DNA of 33,100 bases. It comes from Candidatus Planktophila sp. (lineage in GTDB: Bacteria; Actinomycetota; Actinomycetes; Nanopelagicales; Nanopelagicaceae). Both the position numbers and the translations under genes were made by a program. The DNA is taken from positions 1 to 33,100 of the forward strand of contig JBIKPX010000001.1 in assembly GCA_044357195.1 (NCBI GenBank). Direction: 5' to 3'. Position 1 is the stretch's first letter. Each line of letters opens with the position of its first letter. Below are positions 27,219 through 33,100 of this stretch, one piece after another. The notes under the pieces are model-generated. The model was given only the letters and a program-made list of their open reading frames with translations. It did not search any database and was not told the origin of the DNA.

Positions 27219-28157
27219 ATGAACACGCTCAAACCAATTAGCGCCCCACTAGATCGGGCAAGTGAACTTCGAAGTGATGAAGCAGCACTTGATCGATTGT
27301 GGAATAGCGCAAAAATAGTTCGCGTCTCTGGCTCTCAATTAGCAACTGATGGAAAGTCGCTTCTATTTCTTAGCGCCGCCGAAGTTGAAAAGTTAGTAAC
27401 TACAAAGATTTTTACTAGTGGCGATAAGTATTTTCTTGGCATTGATTCTGCAAGCAAGGCGACTTACTTTGCTTGGGATTGCGATGAAGTAGGTCTGGCA
27501 GCTGGTGAAACATCGGTTGAAGGTTTGGCATCGCTGCGCGAATTAGGTGGAACCCTCGATGAATTCGAGTTAGGTATTTCGATGCAGGCAACTGCCCTTT
27601 CAAATTGGCATCGCTCGCATCCGCACTGTTCACGGTGTGGAGCTGAAACGCAATCAACTCTTGGCGGATCAGTGCGAGTCTGCGTTAAAGATCAGAGCCA
27701 GCATCACCCACGCACTGATAGCGCAGTCATTGTTTTAGTAAAAGATAAAGATGATCGAATTCTGTTGGGACATCAACCAATATGGCCAGATGGAAGATTT
27801 TCAACTTTTGCGGGCTTTCTAGAACCGGGTGAAACTTTTGAGCAGTGCGTGGAACGCGAAGTCTTTGAAGAATCTGGCGTGAAAGTAAAAGAGATTAAAT
27901 ATCTAGGTTCGCAACCATGGCCATTTCCAGCATCGATCATGATTGCATTTTCTGCAGTTGTAGATGATCCAAGCACTGCAAAAGCTGATGGAGTGGAAAT
28001 CACAGAAGTGCGATGGTTTAGTCGTGATGAACTTAAATCATCAGTTGCAGATGGCTCACTACTTTTGCCACCAACGATTAGCGTTGCACGAAAGATGATT
28101 TCATTGTGGTTTGGACCAGGTGCAGAAAAACTCACTGGTGGCGAAACGTGGCGCTAA
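27219..28157 (+). CDS. nudC: NAD(H) diphosphatase NudC
   Basis: WHRSHPHCSRCG, Nudix box GFLEPGETFEQCVEREVFEESG, SQPWPFPAS signature. Confidence 0.93.
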   Translation: MNTLKPISAPLDRASELRSDEAALDRLWNSAKIVRVSGSQLATDGKSLLFLSAAEVEKLVTTKIFTSGDKYFLGIDSASKATYFAWDCDEVGLAAGETSVEGLASLRELGGTLDEFELGISMQATALSNWHRSHPHCSRCGAETQSTLGGSVRVCVKDQSQHHPRTDSAVIVLVKDKDDRILLGHQPIWPDGRFSTFAGFLEPGETFEQCVEREVFEESGVKVKEIKYLGSQPWPFPASIMIAFSAVVDDPSTAKADGVEITEVRWFSRDELKSSVADGSLLLPPTISVARKMISLWFGPGAEKLTGGETWR

Positions 28158-29824
28158 ATTCTGAAGAAATACTCGCTTCCCTCGATGATGAACAACGCGC
28201 TGTTGCACTTGCAAGCCGTGGCCCAGTCTGCGTAATTGCAGGTGCTGGAACAGGTAAAACTCGTGCGATCACACACCGCATTGCTTACGCTGCATCAATC
28301 GGAGTGATGGATCCACAAAAGGTATTAGCCCTTACATTTACCGCGCGCGCAGCTGGTGAAATGCGCGTGCGCCTTCGCTCATTAGGTGTTCCAACAGTTG
28401 CTGCACGAACAATTCACTCAGCAGCCCTTAAGCAATTACTTTATTTTTGGCCACAAGTATTTGGTGGTCGCGCTCCGGATTTACTCACAACTAAGACTGG
28501 TTTTATTACGCAGGCAATCACACGCGCAGATTTACAAGGATCGCTATCGGTTACATCCCGTGACTTAATGCGCGATATTGCATCTGAAATTGAATGGGCA
28601 AAATCTTCACAAGTTGTGCCAGAAGATTATGTAAACGAAGCATCAAAGCGCACACAAAAGCCACGAATTAATCCAGAGCAGATCTCTCAGGTCTACACCG
28701 CATATATGTCATTGATGAAGCAAGAGCGCACGATGGATTTTGAGGATGTTTTATTGCTAACTGCTGCGATGCTAGAAGAAGAGCGTGAAGTGCGTGAGCG
28801 AGTACAAGATCAGTATCGCCACTTCACAATCGATGAGTATCAAGATATTTCACCACTGCAACAACGAGTCATTAATGCTTGGCTTGGCAGTCGCCAAGAA
28901 CTATGCGTTGTTGGCGACCCTGCTCAAACTATTTATTCATTTGCTGGCGCGACGCCTGTTTTCTTAAATACATTCACACAACGCTTTCCTGATGCCGAAG
29001 TAATCAGATTAACTAGTGGATATCGCTCGACTCCAGAAATTACCTTGATGGCTAATACTGTTTTGCGAAGTGCATCAATGGGACAAGAACTAGTTGCCCA
29101 AAATGATCACGGTTCAAAGCCATCTATTGCAGCCTATAAAGATGAGTCAGCAGAAATTGTAGGCGTTGTTAAAGATATCGGCGCATTGTTATCAGAAGGC
29201 GCTGCGGCTCAAGAGATTGCAATATTGGCTCGCACCAATGGGCAGCTGAACTCAATAGAAAAGGCGATTGCAGCAGCAGGCTTGCCGTATCAAGTGCGCA
29301 ATAACGAGCGATTTTTTGATCGCATGGATGTGCGCGAATTTCTTAAGGGCGTTCGTACCGCATCGGTTATTCCAACTGAAGGTGTCTATTGGCTCGATGA
29401 ATTACGCACTTTGGCACAGCCATTTTTAACTGGTGCCACTATCGATGGCATTGCAGGTTTACTGCACCTGGCGCGTGAGCTAGATGCCGATGATTCATTT
29501 GCACCAAAGACGCTTCGTACGTATTTGCGCGAAGTTGAAGATCGAGTGCAACAAAATAACCCACCAACAATGCCGGTACTGACTTTGGCAACGCTGCATG
29601 CTGCAAAGGGCCTCGAGTGGGAACGCGTGTTTTTAATTGGCGTCAGTGAATCGATATTGCCATTTGAATCAGGAAATACTGGCCCAGAAAATCAGAGCGC
29701 TATCGATGAAGAGCGCCGCTTGTTCTATGTGGGAATCACGCGTGCGAAGAAGGATTTACGCATGAGTTATCGCGGAGAACCGAGCCGATTCCTGCGTGAA
29801 TCTGGGTTACTCGCCAGTTCGTAA
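28148..29824 (+). CDS. uvrD2: ATP-dependent DNA helicase UvrD2 (short form, no HRDC domain)
   Basis: AGAGTGKTRAITHRIA, TFTARAAGEMR, DEYQD, GDPAQTIYSF, YRSTPEI, TLHAAKGLEW, EERRLFYVGITRA, PSRFL. Position between nudC and whiB7 matches mycobacteria. GTG 28148. Confidence 0.88.
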   Translation: MALNSEEILASLDDEQRAVALASRGPVCVIAGAGTGKTRAITHRIAYAASIGVMDPQKVLALTFTARAAGEMRVRLRSLGVPTVAARTIHSAALKQLLYFWPQVFGGRAPDLLTTKTGFITQAITRADLQGSLSVTSRDLMRDIASEIEWAKSSQVVPEDYVNEASKRTQKPRINPEQISQVYTAYMSLMKQERTMDFEDVLLLTAAMLEEEREVRERVQDQYRHFTIDEYQDISPLQQRVINAWLGSRQELCVVGDPAQTIYSFAGATPVFLNTFTQRFPDAEVIRLTSGYRSTPEITLMANTVLRSASMGQELVAQNDHGSKPSIAAYKDESAEIVGVVKDIGALLSEGAAAQEIAILARTNGQLNSIEKAIAAAGLPYQVRNNERFFDRMDVREFLKGVRTASVIPTEGVYWLDELRTLAQPFLTGATIDGIAGLLHLARELDADDSFAPKTLRTYLREVEDRVQQNNPPTMPVLTLATLHAAKGLEWERVFLIGVSESILPFESGNTGPENQSAIDEERRLFYVGITRAKKDLRMSYRGEPSRFLRESGLLASS

Positions 29825-29863
29825 TTAATTAATTTGCATCATCGCGGGTCCATGCTTTACCCT
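29822..29863 (+). promoter_or_regulatory. Putative WhiB7-type autoregulated promoter
   Basis: AT-only tract TAATTAATTAAT immediately upstream of -35 TTGCAT (29834-39), 18 bp, -10 TACCCT (29858-63). Confidence 0.55.
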
Positions 29864-29910
29864 TGCACTTCATCCAAAATGTGGATGGATACGAGAAAAG
29901 GGAGCACGCG

Positions 29911-30093
29911 ATGTCAACAATCGTAAGCACTCATAACGTTAACGCTTTACGCGTTAGCGCTACTTCTCATGCCCATTCACACCCAAGTACAGCGACTAAT
30001 AAGCGCTATACATCTTGGCCTACTGCCACAAAGCCAGCGTTTTACGCAGCTTTTTACGCAGTGGATGAGGCCACTTGGGGCACTATCGCCTAA
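29911..30093 (+). CDS. whiB7 leader peptide (uORF, 60 aa)
   Basis: SD AAGGGAG then ATG 29911. The stop lies 16 nt before a strong terminator, and the 3' end contains a sequence complementary to the terminator's 5' arm. Confidence 0.75.
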   Translation: MSTIVSTHNVNALRVSATSHAHSHPSTATNKRYTSWPTATKPAFYAAFYAVDEATWGTIA

Positions 30094-30109
30094 CCGATAG
30101 CAGCCAACC

Positions 30110-30146
30110 AAGGGCCTCGAATCCACAAAGGATTCGGGCCCTTTTT
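30110..30146 (+). terminator. Attenuator (Rho-independent terminator) in the whiB7 leader
   Basis: AAGGGCCTCGAATCC-ACAAA-GGATTCGGGCCCTT followed by further T's, upstream of whiB7. Confidence 0.85.
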
Positions 30147-30165
30147 CATTTCCACCAGCAAACCA

Positions 30166-30185
30166 ACTACTAACCACTACTAACC
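30166..30185 (+). repeat. Perfect 10-bp tandem repeat in the whiB7 leader
   Basis: ACTACTAACC ACTACTAACC, preceded by a partial AACCA. Confidence 0.7.
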
Positions 30186-30225
30186 GACAAACAGGAAGAA
30201 CAACGAGAGGGAAGAGGTGAGAACC

Positions 30226-30555
30226 ATGAGCGTTCTCTACAGCGAACTACTAGTACCAGGATGGGCAGAAACCGGGGAGAAGATCGGATTAAACGATGTC
30301 ACCGGAACGTATGAAAGCGCGATTGGTTATGCGCTTCCATGTCACAGCGCCAACCCGGAAACTTATTTCTCTGACGCCGAAGCCGATATCAAGGCTGCCA
30401 AGGCACTCTGCGGTGAATGTCCTGTTCGTGCAAAGTGTTTAAGCGGTGCACTCTCACGCCAAGAACCATGTGGTGTGTGGGGCGGAGAATTATTTGAAGA
30501 TGGTGTTGTGATCGAACGTAAACGTAAAGCGGGACGGCCACGTATCGCTGCATAG
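30226..30555 (+). CDS. whiB7: WhiB7/WblC Fe-S transcriptional activator
   Basis: Four Cys (LPC...ALCGECPVRAKC), GVWGGE turn and C-terminal AT-hook KRKAGRPR. SD GAGGTGA favours ATG 30226; GTG 30217 is the alternative. Confidence 0.92.
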   Translation: MSVLYSELLVPGWAETGEKIGLNDVTGTYESAIGYALPCHSANPETYFSDAEADIKAAKALCGECPVRAKCLSGALSRQEPCGVWGGELFEDGVVIERKRKAGRPRIAA

Positions 30556-30600
30556 AGTAATGAGCGGGTGCTGAGAAAGCCTCAGCGCTCGCTCATTGCT
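30556..30600. terminator. Long hairpin between convergent whiB7 and ABC1 kinase genes
   Basis: AGTAATGAGCGGGTGCTGAG-aaagc-CTCAGCGCTCGCTCATTGCT: 20-bp stem including G-U pairs. Confidence 0.75.
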
Positions 30601-30602
30601 TT

Positions 30603-31949
30603 CTAGCGAGTAAGCGACGCCGGTGTAATTTCTGGAAGCCAGATAATTGCTTCATCAAGCCAACGACCTTCAGCTTCTAGTTGGCAGAAGATTCCGGTAG
30701 TTCCCATTGTTACACGGTGAATTAATACATATTCGGCCGGTAAATTTAATTGAAAACCAATCTTTGCAGTTGGATTGCGAGGATCTCCAACTCGTGCACT
30801 CTGATCACGCAACCATTCACGTGAGTATTTAAAGGTTTCTGTGCGAAGTGGTTCGACGAGTGGAACAAGGAATTCCAGAACTAAGTCTGGGTCCACATCT
30901 ACTTCTGGAAGTATGAATCCATCTTTCTTAAATCCTTCGTAAAGTGCTTGTGCATCGTCATCTAGTGCGTTTTTCAATAGATTCTTAAATGGTTCTGGGA
31001 AGCCATTTGGAAGACGGTTGCAGGCACCGAAATCTAAAACACCTAAGCGGCCATCAGCTAAAACACGAAAGTTTCCTGGATGTGGATCTGCGTGCAACAA
31101 ACCTGCGCGGATTGGGGAAGTGAAGTGGAAGCGAGCTAACTTAATACCGGCGTTATTGCGTTCTTCTTGCGTGCCGCTCTTAATGACATGGGCAAGTGGC
31201 TTACCTTCTAGCCATTCGCTGACCAAAACTTTGTCAGATGCCATAACAACTTTTGGAATCGCAATATCTGGATCCCCGTCATATGCCGCCGCATAAGTGC
31301 TCTGTGCTTCTGCTTCATACATGTAATCAACTTCTTCGATGATGCGAGCACGTAATTCTTCAAGAAGCGGCTTCATATCAAGGCCGGGCAAAACTAATTG
31401 GAAAATCTTTGAGAAACGTTGAATCTGATTGAGATCAGCGATGAGTGCCTCGGCCGCGCCTGGATATTGAATCTTTACTGCAACAAGGCGACCATCTTTC
31501 CACACAGCTTTGTGCACTTGGCCAATGGAAGCTGACGCTGTTGCTTTGTCTTCAAAGCTTGCAAAGTTATCTCGCCAATTTTCGCCGAGTTCTTTCGCTA
31601 GTACTTTATGAACAACGCGAGTAGGAAGCGGTGGTGCGGACTCTTGTAACTTTGTAAGAGTTTCGCGATATGGCTTTGCAATGTTTTCCGGAAGCGCTGC
31701 TTCAAAGACAGAGAGCGCTTGACCAAATTTCATGGCGCCACCTTTGAGTTCGCCAAGAACTTTAAATAATTGTTCTGCAGTTTTTTCTTGAATCTCAGCT
31801 AGTACAACAGAACCAGATTGACCAACTAGTTGACGGCCAAGACCTAACGCACCACGTCCTGCAAGGCCGAGTGGAATAGAAACCATCTTCGCCGAGCGCA
31901 CTGCGCCAGAGCGAGGGATCTCTGTTTCTTCAACTTTGTCTTTGGGCAC
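30603..31949 (-). CDS. ABC1/AarF/UbiB family atypical kinase (Rv3197-like)
   Basis: LKGGAMKFGQALS, ASASIGQVH, VAVKIQYPG, EEVDY, HADPHPGNF, LDFG. Start GTG 31949 is preferred (CAGAAT 6 nt upstream); the track gives 32003. Confidence 0.9.
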   Translation of the reverse strand: MPKDKVEETEIPRSGAVRSAKMVSIPLGLAGRGALGLGRQLVGQSGSVVLAEIQEKTAEQLFKVLGELKGGAMKFGQALSVFEAALPENIAKPYRETLTKLQESAPPLPTRVVHKVLAKELGENWRDNFASFEDKATASASIGQVHKAVWKDGRLVAVKIQYPGAAEALIADLNQIQRFSKIFQLVLPGLDMKPLLEELRARIIEEVDYMYEAEAQSTYAAAYDGDPDIAIPKVVMASDKVLVSEWLEGKPLAHVIKSGTQEERNNAGIKLARFHFTSPIRAGLLHADPHPGNFRVLADGRLGVLDFGACNRLPNGFPEPFKNLLKNALDDDAQALYEGFKKDGFILPEVDVDPDLVLEFLVPLVEPLRTETFKYSREWLRDQSARVGDPRNPTAKIGFQLNLPAEYVLIHRVTMGTTGIFCQLEAEGRWLDEAIIWLPEITPASLTR

Positions 31950-32030
31950 TGGCTTATTCTGGAAGAAAAACGCTTGGTTGGCATCTTGAGAACGTGTGGG
32001 CACTTTAAGTGCCTAGAAGTAATGGGTGAT

Positions 32031-33100
32031 TTAACGCCAGGAACATCCACACAAAGGATGGCGCGCAAAGCGAATGTGTTGAGGATTACATATATCGAGA
32101 TAGTTGGTTCGAACACGAGTTGAGATCAGAACCGATTTTTTCGTATCGATAAATCGAAGAATTTCAGAGGCTATTTGCGCTGCTACAAAGTGGGCAATAG
32201 CCACGGGTATTTCTAGCTCTGTATGTGTACTTCGGAAAATATCTATTTCTCGAGAAAGTACATGTTGATCACTGCGTGCAAGGGTTACACAACGAGAACA
32301 TGCACTTTTACCTGGAATAACAAGTGGTCCAACGTCAATAGATGGACCATCAGGGGCTGAAACAATTAAATGTATTTCATCTTCGCTCATGCTTTGTGCA
32401 ATAAGTGCTTCATGACCATTTCCAATAAATATTTTTAGGAATACTTCGGGGATATCTTCTGCAACAGATTTATCTTTACTTGGAAATAACGCCAATTCTC
32501 GAGCCTTATCTTCGAGTGTGTGTTGAAAATTAGAGCCAACGTCACTACTTGTGAGCAAACCTGCACACATATCTTGGTTGCCAATACGCGCACGATCTCG
32601 CCTAGATGCAGATGCCATTTTTGTTTGGGTCACACCACTTGCAAGCAAGACTCCATATAGTTGTGTTGCAACTCTGTTTTCACCTGATATTTCAATTAAG
32701 GCCAATCGACGATTTGTTAATACTTCAACTCCACCGTCGTTAACACCGGCAATCCATGTTGTTGCAGATAACTCTGGAGTAATTTTTGATTGCAATTGAA
32801 TATAACCAGCATCGGCGCTTTGATCTTGTTCTTTGAAACGACCGGGTGCAACAATTGGCGTAACCAAATAATCAATAAGGCCGGCACTAAGTAGTTGCTC
32901 AATAACTTGACTGATGATTTCTACATTAATCGCGAGCGCCTCTGCTATTTCCTGTGCGCTCTGCTTGCCATCAAATGCTGCGATAATTGATTTAATGCCG
33001 AGTGCTTCACATTCAATACCCGAACCATTACAGCCAACAAAGACGCGATTTCCTTCGATTAGTGAATCCGATAACGAGAGAACAATTGCGCCTCTTTTTA
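32031..33100 (-). CDS. Rv3196-like protein: N-terminal wHTH/RRE-like region + degenerate ThiF-like domain (5' end outside window)
   Basis: The frame stays open from 32867 to the window edge (KRGAIVLSL...FDGKQSAQEIAEALAIN..VIEQLLSAGLIDYL). The C-terminus has GPLVIPGKSACSRC and RHPLCGCSW. Confidence 0.75.
   Translation of the reverse strand, partial: KRGAIVLSLSDSLIEGNRVFVGCNGSGIECEALGIKSIIAAFDGKQSAQEIAEALAINVEIISQVIEQLLSAGLIDYLVTPIVAPGRFKEQDQSADAGYIQLQSKITPELSATTWIAGVNDGGVEVLTNRRLALIEISGENRVATQLYGVLLASGVTQTKMASASRRDRARIGNQDMCAGLLTSSDVGSNFQHTLEDKARELALFPSKDKSVAEDIPEVFLKIFIGNGHEALIAQSMSEDEIHLIVSAPDGPSIDVGPLVIPGKSACSRCVTLARSDQHVLSREIDIFRSTHTELEIPVAIAHFVAAQIASEILRFIDTKKSVLISTRVRTNYLDICNPQHIRFARHPLCGCSWR

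Noticed and set aside
27600-27715. NudC zinc ribbon with the fourth Cys replaced (CSRC...CVKD)
   Set aside because: Asp can serve as a ligand and such variation is unremarkable in this family; the catalytic motifs are intact.
29911-30093. Ser/Thr-rich uORF as a RiPP (TOMM) precursor for the ThiF-like protein
   Set aside because: Its position, terminator and antiterminator match the known whiB7 leader; no YcaO, dehydrogenase or exporter is in the window.
705-32902. Numerous 60-200 aa alternative-frame or antisense ORFs in the track (e.g. 4290-4619, 11044-11637, 16589-17086, 25452-25853, 27773-28135)
   Set aside because: They lie within well-supported genes and show no recognisable motifs or translation signals.
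32868-33100. Possible frameshift or non-coding gap upstream of the 32031-32867 ORF
   Set aside because: The same frame is open to the window edge, so the gene simply starts outside the window.

Overview
Chromosomal segment of a genome-streamlined actinobacterium. The AT-rich third codon positions, minimal spacers and actinobacterial gene set point to the freshwater acI lineage (Ca. Nanopelagicales), which is an inference. Gene order: end of nuoN, polyprenyl synthase, rarD, yajQ, secreted esterase + copC, tRNA-Tyr(GTA), then a variable block. That block holds a PsiE-like gene closed by a decayed copy of the tRNA 3' half, a polar amino-acid ABC transporter, a sulfur/persulfide-response locus, and DUF6457 + moeA. 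It is followed by rmuC, ychF, a divergent class-III aminotransferase / (methyl)malonate-semialdehyde dehydrogenase pair, typA, and the conserved adnA-adnB-(EEP)-nudC-uvrD2-whiB7-ABC1 kinase-ThiF-like cluster. Highlights: (1) a CstR-like regulon with a perfect 18-bp operator inside two fully overlapping divergent promoters, which appears to control an exported ferritin-like DUF2202 protein and an operon (repressor, rhodanese lipoprotein, CoA-disulfide reductase-rhodanese) bracketed by two paralogous Cys/His-rich microproteins, one missing from the ORF track; (2) a complete whiB7 uORF/antiterminator/terminator attenuator; (3) an att-like remnant of tRNA-Tyr; (4) an SD-sequestering hairpin in the typA leader; (5) many apparent leaderless promoters. 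No CRISPR array, integrase or transposase was seen. All calls come from motif recognition by eye; no database searches were run.
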